From the NCBI GenBank assembly GCA_028283245.1, contig JAPYNU010000073.1, positions 383 through 64,382 on the forward strand: 64,000 nucleotides of DNA, given 5' to 3'. Under the pieces are notes generated by a model. That model did not search any database. It had not been told where the DNA came from and saw nothing but the letters and a program-made list of their open reading frames with translations. The DNA comes from Candidatus Aldehydirespirator catecholifindens. GTDB lineage: Bacteria; Actinomycetota; Acidimicrobiia; Acidimicrobiales; Aldehydirespiratoraceae. Position 1 is the first letter of the stretch; the number at the start of each line of letters is the position of its first letter. Positions 18,508 to 30,161 of this stretch are shown here, one piece after another. The position numbers were made by a program, and so were the translations under genes.

Positions 18508-19617
18508 TCACGATGAAGTAACTACGGCTGCGGCGCGCTGAAAATCTTTCACATCGGTGTAGCCGCATTTGGCCATTGAGGCCCGCAAAGCTCTCATCAT
18601 GTTGGTGGTTCCGTCCGCGCTGATTGCAGGGCCGTGAAGAATTGTTTCTAGCGTGGCGAGCGGGTTTACGTCAATGACACGTCCCCGCGGCAGGGTGGCA
18701 TGACCCGCCGACAAATCCCAATGACGTCCCGGACATGGCGAATCTGTGGCTGAGGCCAGCGGCAAGCCGACCATGGCCGCGTCAGCACCACAAACGATCG
18801 CTTTGGCGATATCACCCGCGGTTCGCATCGTGCCGTCAGCGATCACCTGGCAATAGACACCGGTCTCATCAAGATGCCGCATCCTGGCGGCACGGGCATC
18901 CGCTATAGCAGTGGCCTGCGGGGCATCAAGACCAAGCACATGGCGGGTAGTGCCTGCATGTCCCGAACCGACACCTACAAGCACTCCCGCAGCGCCGGTG
19001 CGCATTAGATGCAGAGCCGCCTGATAGCTAACGCACCCGCCAACCACCACCGGTGTCTGCATCCGCCGGATGAAGGTCTTCAGATTGAGAGGATCATCGT
19101 CAGAGGAGACATGCTCAGCCGACACGATCGTGCCGGTAATAAACAGCAGGTTCACGTCAGCGGCGATGGCGTGGGCAGCGAGTTCCTCAGCTCGTTGCGG
19201 ACGGACGCGGCCAGCGGTTCGCACACCAGCAGCGGCGATTTCGGTCACCCGGCGCGCCACTAACTCTGGCTGCACCGGCCGGGCGTAAAGCTCCCGCAGG
19301 CGCGCTGTGGCCGCGTCTAGCGGTGCCTCAGCTAACTCAGCTAGTTCGGATGTGGGATCTTCACAGCGAGTCCACATGCCTTCGAGATCAAGAACCGCCA
19401 AGCCTCCGAGTTGTCCCAACTTGATGGCTGTAGCAGGGCTAGTGACGCTATCGCTAGCTGCGGCCAGCACCGGAAGATCAAACCGGTATGCATCGATCTG
19501 CCAGGAAATGTCAACATCGGTGATGTCGCGGGTGCGTCTGCTGGGCACAATCGCGATCTCGTCGAGCCGGTAAGCGCGCCGCCCCGACTTGCCTAGCCCT
19601 ATCTCGATCTCAGCCAA
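18508..19617 (-). CDS. guaB3: GuaB3-like IMP dehydrogenase-family protein (no CBS insert)
   Basis: 369 aa. N-terminus [31 protein letters not shown] and a TIM-barrel with GVGSGH..T, as in actinobacterial GuaB3 paralogues. Adjacent to guaA. Confidence 0.75.
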   Translation of the reverse strand: MAEIEIGLGKSGRRAYRLDEIAIVPSRRTRDITDVDISWQIDAYRFDLPVLAAASDSVTSPATAIKLGQLGGLAVLDLEGMWTRCEDPTSELAELAEAPLDAATARLRELYARPVQPELVARRVTEIAAAGVRTAGRVRPQRAEELAAHAIAADVNLLFITGTIVSAEHVSSDDDPLNLKTFIRRMQTPVVVGGCVSYQAALHLMRTGAAGVLVGVGSGHAGTTRHVLGLDAPQATAIADARAARMRHLDETGVYCQVIADGTMRTAGDIAKAIVCGADAAMVGLPLASATDSPCPGRHWDLSAGHATLPRGRVIDVNPLATLETILHGPAISADGTTNMMRALRASMAKCGYTDVKDFQRAAAVVTSS

Positions 19618-19694
19618 CGCAGTGCCCTTCTTTGATGCTCAGTGATGCGATGCCTCAGTGCTGCAAGCTAGTCAACGGTTGGCTTGTTGGGGTG

Positions 19695-19847
19695 TCAGGA
19701 TTCTTGGTTTTCGGCTAAACCTTGGAGAAGCTCCCGCAAGCCACCGGTTTTGAGGTCGCTCATTACTCGGCCAGGCGGGGTGTCGCCGCGTTCCCACTCT
19801 TCCCAATGGTCCAATAGTTTGCGAGGGTCTGGCGCAGGGCGATCCAT
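19695..19847 (-). CDS. Possible small hydrophilic protein (50 aa)
   Basis: Manual translation: MDRPAPDPRKLLDHWEEWERGDTPPGRVMSDLKTGGLRELLQGLAENQES. Below the track size cut-off. More protein-like than the overlapping R/S-rich plus-strand ORF. No clear RBS and no family recognised. Confidence 0.3.
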   Translation of the reverse strand: MDRPAPDPRKLLDHWEEWERGDTPPGRVMSDLKTGGLRELLQGLAENQES

Positions 19848-19984
19848 CAACTTGAGCCTACCGGTGCTGCACCAAAGTCAGAGCGCTGAAACTTTCATCC
19901 AAGTCGGGGCGAACTCACGTAGTCGCACAGACGCACAGTTGCTCAGCCACGGCGGGGCTGAACAGTAACCGACACCTAGACGCG

Positions 19985-20021
19985 CATCAGCCCGAGCCGT
20001 GTTAACAGGCTCGGGCTGATG
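19985..20021 (-). terminator. Strong hairpin downstream of groEL (candidate intrinsic terminator)
   Basis: Perfect 14-bp stem, catcagcccgagcc / ggctcgggctgatg, with a 9-nt loop. Lies about 70 nt after the groEL stop. There is no clean U-tract on the minus strand, so terminator function is inferred. Confidence 0.55.
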
Positions 20022-20092
20022 CAGAGTGTTTGGGGATGCACTCACCTGCGCTGAGCAGCAATCCTGTGAAGATCATCGCAGCGCAGCTGCGG

Positions 20093-21742
<1,650 letters not shown>

Positions 21743-21747
21743 CTACC

Positions 21748-22038
21748 TCAGCCAACCTTGGCCAGCACATCGCGGGCGTTGAGGATCAGCAGGTCTTCAC
21801 CTTCGACGGTGATCTCGGTGCCGCCATACTTGGAATAGACGACGGTGTCACCGACGGCGACATCCATGGGGATGAGTTCACCGCTGTCGTCGGAACGGCG
21901 ACCGGGGCCAACCGCGAGCACCTCACCCTGCTGGGGCTTTTCTTTGGCGGTGTCGGGGATGACGAGACCGCTTGCTGTGGTCTCCTCAGCGTCGCCGGGC
22001 CGCACAACAATGCGGTCATCAAGTGGCTGCAAATTCAT
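21748..22038 (-). CDS. groES: Co-chaperonin GroES
   Basis: [46 protein letters not shown]... (96 aa). The track ORF extends to 22107, but the conserved N-terminus begins at ATG 22038. The stop lies 8 nt upstream of the groEL start. Confidence 0.93.
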   Translation of the reverse strand: MNLQPLDDRIVVRPGDAEETTASGLVIPDTAKEKPQQGEVLAVGPGRRSDDSGELIPMDVAVGDTVVYSKYGGTEITVEGEDLLILNARDVLAKVG

Positions 22039-22117
22039 GTGTCCTCCCGGACTGGAATATGTAATGGACTGATTCGGCCGAGGCGGTTTGTCTTCGTCTC
22101 CGGCCACGACACAGGTG

Positions 22118-22144
22118 TTAGCACTCTCCTATGCCGAGTGCTAA
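22118..22144. promoter_or_regulatory. CIRCE operator (HrcA binding site) upstream of groES-groEL
   Basis: Exact consensus TTAGCACTC-N9-GAGTGCTAA, read as ttagcactc tcctatgcc gagtgctaa, 80-106 nt upstream of the groES ATG. Confidence 0.9.
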
Positions 22145-22229
22145 CGATAGAGGCTTAGCGGCGATGCCACAACACCCAGTCCCGACTGATCAGACTTTTT
22201 GCTAATTCGGCTTGGCGTGCGGTTGGCGT

Positions 22230-23369
22230 TCAGTGTGCGTTCAGTTGGCAACTTCGGCTTTCGGGCAGGCCCCAAGAAGGGTCACCACCAACGCTCAAAG
22301 GCGAAGGCCCGTCAGCTTGAAGACGCCACCAGCCAGCGGCTGCGACCATAGCCGCGTTGTCAGTACACATGGCCCGGCTCGGCAGGTATGCAGCCAGCCC
22401 GTCGGCTGCACAGGCCTCGCGAGTCATTTCCCGCAGCCGACTGTTAGCAGCAACACCGCCTGCTAGGCACAAGCCTTTAGCGCCATGCTCTTCTGCGGCT
22501 CTGCGAGCTTTGGTGACCAATACATCTGCTACCGCCTCCTGAAACGAAGCAGCCACATCCTCAGTTGATGCTTCGGGATTGCGCCTCAGATAGTTAATGA
22601 CCGCGGTCTTGAGCCCGCTGAAGGAGAAGTTCCAGCCGTCATTGAGCATGGCTCGCGGAAAGTCAATGGCATCACGGGTGCCTTGGCTGCTGAGCTTGTC
22701 GATTACTGGTCCGCCTGGATAGCCAAGACCCATGAAGCGGGCCACCTTGTCGAACGCTTCACCAGCGGCATCATCAACGGTTGCTCCAATTACCCGGTAA
22801 TGCAGACGATCCTGCATCAAAACCAGCATGGTGTGCCCTCCCGAAACCAGCATCACAACAGCAGGCAACTCCAAGTCGGGCTCATCAAGGAAAGCCGCAT
22901 GCAGATGAGCTTCAAGATGATTCACAGACACAAAAGGCACATCCCAAACCAAAGCCAAAGCTTTCGCAGCCGACACCCCCACCAACAAGGCACCGATGAG
23001 CCCCGGGCCTGTAGTTGCTGCTACAGCGGTCACTTGATCAGCGGATCGCTGCGCCGCCTTGAAGGCTTGCTCTATCACCGGCACAATCCGCTGCACATGA
23101 GCCCGTCCCGCCACTTCGGGTACTACACCGCCGTAGCGGGCGTGCAAATCAACTTGGCTAGACACGACCGACGAAAGCACCTGCTGACCCTCCGCTACCA
23201 GAGCCGCCGCAGTCTCATCACAGGAAGTCTCGATGCCAAGTATCACACCAGCAGGATTCACTCCGCTGTCAAATCTTGCCGTCGGGCCGGGCTGGCCGCC
23301 AACAGCGAACGCAGATTCAGCACTAGGCAATCCCATCGCTGTGACACTACCAACACTGCACCAAGTCAC
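22230..23369 (-). CDS. tsaD: tRNA N6-adenosine threonylcarbamoyltransferase TsaD
   Basis: VILGIETSCDETAAALV and the Kae1/Gcp fold throughout. The conserved core starts near GTG 23261, so the first ~36 codons of the track ORF may not be translated. Confidence 0.9.
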   Translation of the reverse strand: MTWCSVGSVTAMGLPSAESAFAVGGQPGPTARFDSGVNPAGVILGIETSCDETAAALVAEGQQVLSSVVSSQVDLHARYGGVVPEVAGRAHVQRIVPVIEQAFKAAQRSADQVTAVAATTGPGLIGALLVGVSAAKALALVWDVPFVSVNHLEAHLHAAFLDEPDLELPAVVMLVSGGHTMLVLMQDRLHYRVIGATVDDAAGEAFDKVARFMGLGYPGGPVIDKLSSQGTRDAIDFPRAMLNDGWNFSFSGLKTAVINYLRRNPEASTEDVAASFQEAVADVLVTKARRAAEEHGAKGLCLAGGVAANSRLREMTREACAADGLAAYLPSRAMCTDNAAMVAAAGWWRLQADGPSPLSVGGDPSWGLPESRSCQLNAH

Positions 23370-23522
23370 AAGTTGCAGACACCGCTAATTGCTTGCATGC
23401 CCCTTGCTGACCGCTGACACCCGCTTAGCGCGCGCTCACGGGCCGCTCTGCGAAATCTCGGTTCTGTTCTGAGCCTATTTTCCTAGTGTTGTATCGCGAT
23501 TTGTAACATTACGCTTATAACT

Positions 23523-23780
23523 ATTGCGATCTCAGTACGGCTTGATGATGAAGCTCAGCAAACCCTCGTTCAGCTACAAGCACAGGGACTCACACGCTCA
23601 CAAGCAATTCGGTCATCAATCATGAATGAGGCAGCCCGACTGCAAACCAACCAAGCTCTTGCCGCTGAAGTGGCCGCTTTGGAGGCCGACGATGCAGACC
23701 GAGCCGAGATGACCGAGGTAGCACAGCTAATGGAAAACCTCCGTGCGACGCGGAGCAATGGGGTATTGATACTGCGCTGA
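23523..23780 (+). CDS. Ribbon-helix-helix (CopG/antitoxin-like) small protein, orphan, start codon unresolved
   Basis: Not in the track. The frame is open from 23487 (after an in-frame TAG) to TGA 23778-23780. It reads ..(I)AISVRLDDEAQQTLVQLQAQGLTRSQAIRSSIMNEAARLQTNQALAAEVAALEADDADRAEMTEVAQLMENLRATR.., i.e. an RHH beta-strand and two helices plus an acidic antitoxin-type tail. The only canonical start is ATG 23622, which would delete the RHH strand. ATT 23523 would give MAISVRLDDE. Confidence 0.5.
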   Translation: MAISVRLDDEAQQTLVQLQAQGLTRSQAIRSSIMNEAARLQTNQALAAEVAALEADDADRAEMTEVAQLMENLRATRSNGVLILR

Positions 23781-23799
23781 GCACCGTTCTTGGCCTGGG

Positions 23800-24555
23800 T
23801 TAGCGTTGCGTGCTCTGAGTTTGGTGTTGGGGTTGCGGTTGGGCATCGGGGCGGCGCAGATACAGCGGCTCTACTTCTTGGGGGCGCAGAAACTCTTGTT
23901 GTGCAGCGGGGGTTTGTGCTAGCAGCACTAGCGAGGCCGCTGAGGGATGCGCCAAGCCCGGCTCAACCTGAACTAGGTCGGGCAAATCCTTGAACAAAGA
24001 GCCGTAACGCAGGATTCCGTCACCCACGATCAGTGTCGCTGCATCTGACGCTGCAAGTTGCTCACAGAGTTGCTCGGGCGTTGAGACTGCTGGCTCGGTA
24101 AGTCTCTCAATATGACCATCGGCACAGCTGAAGCAAGCGTGAAACACTTCGCCTCTGCGAGCATCAATCACCGCTGCGACCCTGCGACTGCTGTGACGAA
24201 GCGGATAGGCGAGCAGTTCAAGGCTGGAAACCGCAATCACCTGCACCCCCAGAGCATGAGCCATAGTCACCGCTGTGGCGACACCCACTCGCAGACCGGT
24301 ATACAACCCTGGGCCGACATCTACCGCTACCGCATCCAGGTCGCTGAGCGCGATGCCGCTATGAGCGCAAGCTGTCTGTATCTGCGGTGCCAGCAGCTCG
24401 GCATGGTGACGGTCTCGTGTTGCTTCGACACAGACGTGAACACCTTCGGGGCTGCCGATGGCGCAACCGACGCGACCTGTTGCGGATTCGATACTCAATA
24501 TCAGCATTGTCGTCTCAAAACCAGCACCAAACGTAAGCCCGAAGTCAGCAGTCAC
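23800..24555 (-). CDS. tsaB: tRNA threonylcarbamoyladenosine biosynthesis protein TsaB
   Basis: MLILSIESATGRVGCAIG... is the YeaZ/TsaB pattern. Met17 (24507) is an alternative start. Confidence 0.85.
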   Translation of the reverse strand: MTADFGLTFGAGFETTMLILSIESATGRVGCAIGSPEGVHVCVEATRDRHHAELLAPQIQTACAHSGIALSDLDAVAVDVGPGLYTGLRVGVATAVTMAHALGVQVIAVSSLELLAYPLRHSSRRVAAVIDARRGEVFHACFSCADGHIERLTEPAVSTPEQLCEQLAASDAATLIVGDGILRYGSLFKDLPDLVQVEPGLAHPSAASLVLLAQTPAAQQEFLRPQEVEPLYLRRPDAQPQPQHQTQSTQR

Positions 24556-25045
24556 TCGCAGCCCACGGCTTGACGACAGCAGCTAGGTCATCGACTCGGT
24601 TTAGCCATAGCTCACCGTCGCCTCGCAGCTCGAAGCTGCGTTCGTTGTCGCTAGCACCGAAGTTGATCGTCACAGTCAAGCGGTCAGCAGGCAAAACCGA
24701 ACCGATCATGTCACCCCATTCAATCAAGGTCGCGCCCTGCTCTAAGAGTTCAGGTAATGCCAAATCTTCAGCCTCATCAAGGCTCTCGAAACGGTAGACA
24801 TCAAGATGGTTGACAACTATCTGGCCATCATGTATTTGACCCTCGTAACGGTTGGCGAGGGTGAACGTCGGGCTAGTCACCGAAGCAACCACGCCCGAAG
24901 CAGCTGCGAAACCCTGCACGAAGGCTGTTTTGCCTGCACCCAAGTCACCGACAAGCACAATCACATCACCAGGCTCCGTTAGCGAGGCGACAGCACCACC
25001 AAGGGCTCGTGTCTGTTCAACACTGTCGGTGCTGCAAGTGATCAC
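24545..25045 (-). CDS. tsaE: tRNA t6A ATPase TsaE
   Basis: 166 aa. [14 protein letters not shown]-loop and SPTFTL motif. Confidence 0.88.
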   Translation of the reverse strand: MITCSTDSVEQTRALGGAVASLTEPGDVIVLVGDLGAGKTAFVQGFAAASGVVASVTSPTFTLANRYEGQIHDGQIVVNHLDVYRFESLDEAEDLALPELLEQGATLIEWGDMIGSVLPADRLTVTINFGASDNERSFELRGDGELWLNRVDDLAAVVKPWAASDC

Positions 25046-25058
25046 TTTTTGAGCGTAA

Positions 25059-26222
25059 CTACACCGTTTCGTGGTTCACCCGAGCAGACAACGATGTCAG
25101 CACCTCATAGCTAATAGTGCCGAGGTGTTGCGCCACCTCCACCGCAGTGATCTCCTCTGAGTCCTGACAACCGATCAGCACCGCCTCATCACCGACACGA
25201 ACCTGTGACGCAATGTCATCTGGCAAGGCGACCATCAGCTGATCCATTGTTACTACACCCACGATCGGGCAACGCCGACCGTTGAGCAGCACCTCCACAC
25301 CAGCCGCTGCGCTGTCACGCCGGACACCGTCGGCGTAGCCGATCCCCAAAGTGGCAACCCGGGTCGGTTTTTTAGCTATCCAGCGCCGTCCATAAGACAC
25401 ACCTTCGCCTGCTGCAACAGTTCGCACTGCCGTGACCTGCGATACCAACTCCAGCGCTGGCTGCAATGTGACAACGTTGTTGAGTTCTGGAGAGGGAGCA
25501 ACCCCGTAGATAGCGATACCTGCGCGTATCATGTCAAAGCGAGAGCCCCGATGCGCCAGCAGCCCCGCAGAGTTGGCGACATGGCGAATGCCGGGCTGCA
25601 ATCCAGTAGCACGCAGCGTCGTCAAAGCATCGTCGAATCGTTTGAGTTGCACTTCGGTGAACGGATCATTGGGCTGATCCGCCACTGCCAGATGCGTCCA
25701 CACTCCCTCCAAGCGGAGCTGGCCGTCGGCTGTTTGTGAGGCACTCATCAGAGCCGAAGCCACTTCATGCAGTTCGTGAGGCTGCGCGCCCATGCGACTC
25801 ATGCCGGTGTCAATCTTCAAATGCACGTTGCGGATGCCGTAGCGAGCTTGAGCGGCTGCCAGAGCCTCGATCCCAGCAGCCGAAGCAACCGTGAAACTGA
25901 TTCGTTGCGGGCAGATCGCAGCTGCTTCTGCAGCCATTTGAGGCGGAAGCTCTGAAAACACCAAAATCGGCGCGTCGCTGCCGATGCTCTCAACCGCTTC
26001 GGCGGCCTCTAGCGCTTCAGGGACGGTGGCCACAGCCAGCCAGGAGGCACCACCGGCTAGCGCCGCCCGAATCGCAGTGACAGCGCCGTGACCGTAACCA
26101 TCGGCTTTGACCACTGCACACAGTGCGGCCCCGTCAGCAAGCTCCACAAGTCGCTGAACGTTCGCTTCGATAGCCCCAGGACGCACCCGCCGAAGTCGTG
26201 AAGTCTCACCAATACCGCTCAT
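25059..26222 (-). CDS. alr: Alanine racemase
   Basis: 387 aa. PLP-lysine motif AVVKADGYGHGAV and a C-terminal beta domain. Confidence 0.92.
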   Translation of the reverse strand: MSGIGETSRLRRVRPGAIEANVQRLVELADGAALCAVVKADGYGHGAVTAIRAALAGGASWLAVATVPEALEAAEAVESIGSDAPILVFSELPPQMAAEAAAICPQRISFTVASAAGIEALAAAQARYGIRNVHLKIDTGMSRMGAQPHELHEVASALMSASQTADGQLRLEGVWTHLAVADQPNDPFTEVQLKRFDDALTTLRATGLQPGIRHVANSAGLLAHRGSRFDMIRAGIAIYGVAPSPELNNVVTLQPALELVSQVTAVRTVAAGEGVSYGRRWIAKKPTRVATLGIGYADGVRRDSAAAGVEVLLNGRRCPIVGVVTMDQLMVALPDDIASQVRVGDEAVLIGCQDSEEITAVEVAQHLGTISYEVLTSLSARVNHETV

Positions 26223-27589
26223 GGCGTGACTTCACGCAGCTTGTCAAGCAGATCACTGGCTATCAGCCGAGCGCCACTGATAGCCGCAGCAGCTTCGGCA
26301 TGAAGACACGCGGCTTCAGCTACCCGATCCAAAAGACGTTCGGCACCAAAAGCGGCGAGGCGGCCAGCGATGATCCCGGTGAGAACATCGCCGCTGCCTG
26401 CTGTAGCCAAACGGGCATCACCATTAGCCACGATCCTCACCCGCCCGGCAGCATCCGCTACCAAGGTCGGGCCGCCCTTGAGCAAAACCACCGCATTAAA
26501 TCGTTTAGAGGCGGCAGTCACTGCGGCGATGCGATCTGAGCCTGGAGGCACCGACATCAACGCTTCGTACTCGCCGTCATGAGGGGTCAGTATCAGCGGT
26601 ATCCCAGCAGCGCTACGCCGCTTCAGCGCGGCGCTGACCGCCGGGCTTTGCAGAAGTCGCAGCCCGTCAGCATCAATCACGGTAGGCAGATTCAGTGCCA
26701 GCACTTCAACGAGACGCTGCACGGCCTGCGCGTCAGTGCCCATGCCTGGACCAACGGCGCAAATCTTGAAACGGCGAGCATAAGCGTTAAGCGGCGGATC
26801 TTGTTGCACTACTTCAAGCGGATAGGCAGCTGCAGCCGATCTAGGAGCACTGAGATGCACTGTTGCTGCGCCGCTTCGTAGTGCCGCAATGCAGGCAAGC
26901 GAAACGGCACCGGTCATGCCGAGTGATCCGCCCACTATCAGTGCAGCCGACTGCCATTTGTGGGTAGTCCCCGTACCAACAGGCAGCGGCTCTACATCAG
27001 TGCCGCTGAGCAACGCACATGCTGCAATGTCTGCATCATCAACTTTGAGGCCTATGTCGGCCACGGTCACGCTGCCACAGAGTGCTGGACCCTCCCCTAG
27101 CAATAAGCCCGGCTTGAGAGCCACGAACGTGACCGTGCGATCAGCGCACCACAGCCCGTCGCTGCACATCTGGCCGGTAGCACCGCAGAGCCCGCTGACA
27201 ATATCAACCGCTAACACCCCTGCATCAAGACGGCTGCGCTTAGGGGGCGTGTAAGGCCGTGATAAGCCCGTACCGAAAGCCGCATCAATGTATAAGTCTG
27301 CTGCTGGCAGTTCAGCGGGTGCGCCAACCGCAGGAAATACTGTGACTTTGGCACCGCGACGAGCAAGCATCCCTCCAGCGGTTCGGCCGTCGGCACCGTT
27401 GTTGCCGCCGCCAGCAAGCACCACGACACGCCGCCCGTAGTGTCCTGACATCATTTCGGCTGCGGTTCGAGCCACTGCCGCACCGGCCCGCTCAATCAGG
27501 ACTTCCACTGAGTCGGGCGCGGCAGCGTCAATCAGCGCCATGCGAGTTGGCGTGACTACAGGGATCACATCACCGAAGAGCTTGCACAA
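26219..27589 (-). CDS. nnr: Bifunctional NAD(P)H-hydrate repair enzyme (epimerase/dehydratase)
   Basis: YjeF-N VVVLAGGGNNGADG, and the C-terminal carbohydrate-kinase-like motif GSGDVLTGIIAG. Confidence 0.85.
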   Translation of the reverse strand: MCKLFGDVIPVVTPTRMALIDAAAPDSVEVLIERAGAAVARTAAEMMSGHYGRRVVVLAGGGNNGADGRTAGGMLARRGAKVTVFPAVGAPAELPAADLYIDAAFGTGLSRPYTPPKRSRLDAGVLAVDIVSGLCGATGQMCSDGLWCADRTVTFVALKPGLLLGEGPALCGSVTVADIGLKVDDADIAACALLSGTDVEPLPVGTGTTHKWQSAALIVGGSLGMTGAVSLACIAALRSGAATVHLSAPRSAAAAYPLEVVQQDPPLNAYARRFKICAVGPGMGTDAQAVQRLVEVLALNLPTVIDADGLRLLQSPAVSAALKRRSAAGIPLILTPHDGEYEALMSVPPGSDRIAAVTAASKRFNAVVLLKGGPTLVADAAGRVRIVANGDARLATAGSGDVLTGIIAGRLAAFGAERLLDRVAEAACLHAEAAAAISGARLIASDLLDKLREVTP

Positions 27590-27811
27590 TACGCACAGGC
27601 TGACTCGGGCACTGCGACATTGTTAGCCACCCTGCCAGACTACTCGCCGCACCTGCTGTCCTCCGCTGCGGGCAGGCAAGCAGTCCCCAACAAATCCGCC
27701 AGTCTTGATTGCCGTTGCGATGATGCGGCTCTAGCCTTAAGAGTTGGCCTATGCAACAGTGGCGAACTGTGCTGCGAGGCTGACCTAAGCACGATAATCC
27801 CAGGAGCAGAC

Positions 27812-28258
27812 GTGGCCACATACAGCCCTAAAGCCTCTGAAATCCAGCGCGACTGGCATCTTGTTGATGCCGAAGGCATGGTGTTGGGCAGGCTCGCCAC
27901 CGAGGTCGCAAATCTGCTACGCGGTAAGCACAAGCCCACTTTCACGCCCCACATTGACACCGGCGACCATGTGGTGATCATCAACGCCAGCAAAGTGGTG
28001 CTCACATCGGGCAAGGCTCAATCCAAGCAGGTTCATCGGCACTCCGGTTATCCAGGTGGCTTGCACAGCGAAAGTTACGGCACCAAGCTGGCGCGTCGCC
28101 CCGATGATGCTGTGCGAGACACGATTCGCGGGATGATTCCCAAGACCAGGCTAGGCCGAGCGCAGCTCCGCAAGCTCAAGGTCTACGCAGGCCCAACCCA
28201 TCCCCATAGCGCCCAGCAGCCTCAGCCTTATGGCGTTGAGCACGCTAAGGCCCGATAG
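27812..28258 (+). CDS. rplM: 50S ribosomal protein L13
   Basis: GTG 27812 is preceded by aggag (27803-27807). The product (M)ATYSPKASEIQRDWHLVDAEGMVLGRLAT... is 148 aa. The track ORF from 27620 is an upstream extension. Confidence 0.93.
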   Translation: MATYSPKASEIQRDWHLVDAEGMVLGRLATEVANLLRGKHKPTFTPHIDTGDHVVIINASKVVLTSGKAQSKQVHRHSGYPGGLHSESYGTKLARRPDDAVRDTIRGMIPKTRLGRAQLRKLKVYAGPTHPHSAQQPQPYGVEHAKAR

Positions 28259-28288
28259 CAGAATTTCGATCACAGAGGTGATGCCACA

Positions 28289-28681
28289 ATGAGCAGTCCG
28301 CTAGTGCAGGCAACTGGACGCCGTAAGCGATCCGTAGCGCGGGTCAGGTTGCGCAACGGTGCTGGCAAAGTTGTGATCAACGGACGCGATGCTGAGGACT
28401 ATTTCCCGTCGCGGGTGCATCAGATGCAGATACTTGAGCCGCTGACTGAGACCGCAACCGAAAGCCGTTACGACGTGGATGCCAGCATTCATGGTGGAGG
28501 TGCCAGCGGTCAAGCTGGTGCGCTGCGTCTAGGGATCGCTCGCGGACTAGTTGAGTTAGAGCCCGAGCTTCGTGACACGCTCAAGAAGGCTGGCTACTTG
28601 ACACGCGACCCGCGCAAGAAGGAAGCCAAAAAATACGGCCTCAAGAAGGCACGCAAAGCACCTCAGTACAGCAAGCGCTAA
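28289..28681 (+). CDS. rpsI: 30S ribosomal protein S9
   Basis: 130 aa, ends ...[12 protein letters not shown]. Confidence 0.95.
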   Translation: MSSPLVQATGRRKRSVARVRLRNGAGKVVINGRDAEDYFPSRVHQMQILEPLTETATESRYDVDASIHGGGASGQAGALRLGIARGLVELEPELRDTLKKAGYLTRDPRKKEAKKYGLKKARKAPQYSKR

Positions 28682-28715
28682 CCAACGGCGTGGGTGCTAC
28701 GCCGCTGACACAGCT

Positions 28716-30125
28716 ATGACTCTGACATTCGGCACTGACGGAGTGCGCGGCGACGCGCGCAGCGAACTGACTCCGAAGTTCGTTGAGGCACTGGGCCACA
28801 CCGCAGCGCAAGTGCTTGGCGACAGTTTCGCGGTCGGGCGTGACCCCCGAGTGTCGGGGCCTGAACTGGTGGCAGCCTTCTGCCGGGGTGTGCGACACGC
28901 TGGCGGTGAAATCGTCGACTTGGGTGTGCTGCCAACACCGGCCGTAGCTCGCTGGTGTGGTGACGAGCAGGTCGCCGGTGCCATGGTGTCGGCATCTCAT
29001 AATCCGTGGCACGACAACGGAGTGAAACTGTTCGCTCGCGGCGGCCACAAACTCACCGACGAAGCCCAGCAACACATTGAGAGGCTCCTTGCCGGACTGC
29101 TCGCCGATGACCAGAATTTTGATTCAGGTAAGTTGCGTTTGTCATCAGAAGTCCTGTTGAGGCAAGACGCTGCTCGTCGCCGTCATGTTGAGGCTGTGGC
29201 CTCCAGCATTAAGGGACGCGACTTGAAAGGTCTGCGGATAGTGGTTGACGCCGCCAACGGTGCAGCCTGCTGGTCTGCTCCCGAGTGCTTGCGTCAGCTA
29301 AACGCTGAGGTCTTGACAATTCATGCGTCACCCGACGGCCACAACATCAACCAGGATTGCGGCTCGCTGCACCCAGCAAGTCTGCAGCAAGCGGTGGTAT
29401 CAAACAATGCCGACGCAGGCTTAGCCTTTGATGGCGACGCCGACCGGGTGCTGGCTGTTGACTCCAGCGGCGACCTAATTGACGGCGACCAGATCCTGGC
29501 GATCTGCGCTCTTGACCGGGCTGACCGTGGGCTACTCACAGGAACTGCGGTGGTTGTGACTGTGATGTCGAACTTGGGGCTCAGGCAAGCCTTGACAGCT
29601 CGGGATATTGACATCGTGGAGACACCGGTCGGCGACCGTCATGTGCTAGCGGAACTTGAGCAGCGACAGTTGGTGCTTGGCGGGGAGCAGTCCGGTCATT
29701 TGATCTTTCGCGATCTGGCCACCACCGGCGACGGTCTGCTGACAGCGGTTCAGCTTCTAGATACTGTGAAACGCGTGGGGCAAGATTTACGAAGCCTGGC
29801 TGCTGCGTCAATGACTCGTATGCCTCAAACGCTGCTAGCGGTACCGCTTCCCAGTCACCGAGCAGACAACATCAACCTCGAAGCGCTGCTGTCCTCCATA
29901 GCCGACCAAGCTGACGAACGCTTGGGTGCCTCGGGCCGGGTGCTGCTGCGTCCCTCAGGCACCGAGCCGCTGGTGAGAGTAATGGTGGAAGCTGCTGACG
30001 CGGCGATCGCAACCGCAACCGCTGAAAAGCTCGCAGCGCAAGTAAGCGAGACACTGAAAGATCATCAGCCGCTAAGCCCGACAACGTGCGGAAACAGCAG
30101 TGACAACGTGCAGCAACAGCAGTGA
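28716..30125 (+). CDS. glmM: Phosphoglucosamine mutase
   Basis: MTLTFGTDGVRGDA, with the active-site serine in SASHNPWHDNGVKLF. Has a short non-conserved C-terminal tail. Confidence 0.93.
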   Translation: MTLTFGTDGVRGDARSELTPKFVEALGHTAAQVLGDSFAVGRDPRVSGPELVAAFCRGVRHAGGEIVDLGVLPTPAVARWCGDEQVAGAMVSASHNPWHDNGVKLFARGGHKLTDEAQQHIERLLAGLLADDQNFDSGKLRLSSEVLLRQDAARRRHVEAVASSIKGRDLKGLRIVVDAANGAACWSAPECLRQLNAEVLTIHASPDGHNINQDCGSLHPASLQQAVVSNNADAGLAFDGDADRVLAVDSSGDLIDGDQILAICALDRADRGLLTGTAVVVTVMSNLGLRQALTARDIDIVETPVGDRHVLAELEQRQLVLGGEQSGHLIFRDLATTGDGLLTAVQLLDTVKRVGQDLRSLAAASMTRMPQTLLAVPLPSHRADNINLEALLSSIADQADERLGASGRVLLRPSGTEPLVRVMVEAADAAIATATAEKLAAQVSETLKDHQPLSPTTCGNSSDNVQQQQ

Positions 30126-30161
30126 CAGCGGCAACAGCAACGACAGCGCAGGTAGCAGCGG

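Noticed and set aside
19684-19968. 94-aa plus-strand ORF in the guaB3-groEL gap
   Set aside because: It is R/S/G-rich with no motif, and it overlaps the more protein-like minus-strand 50-aa ORF. Probably non-coding.
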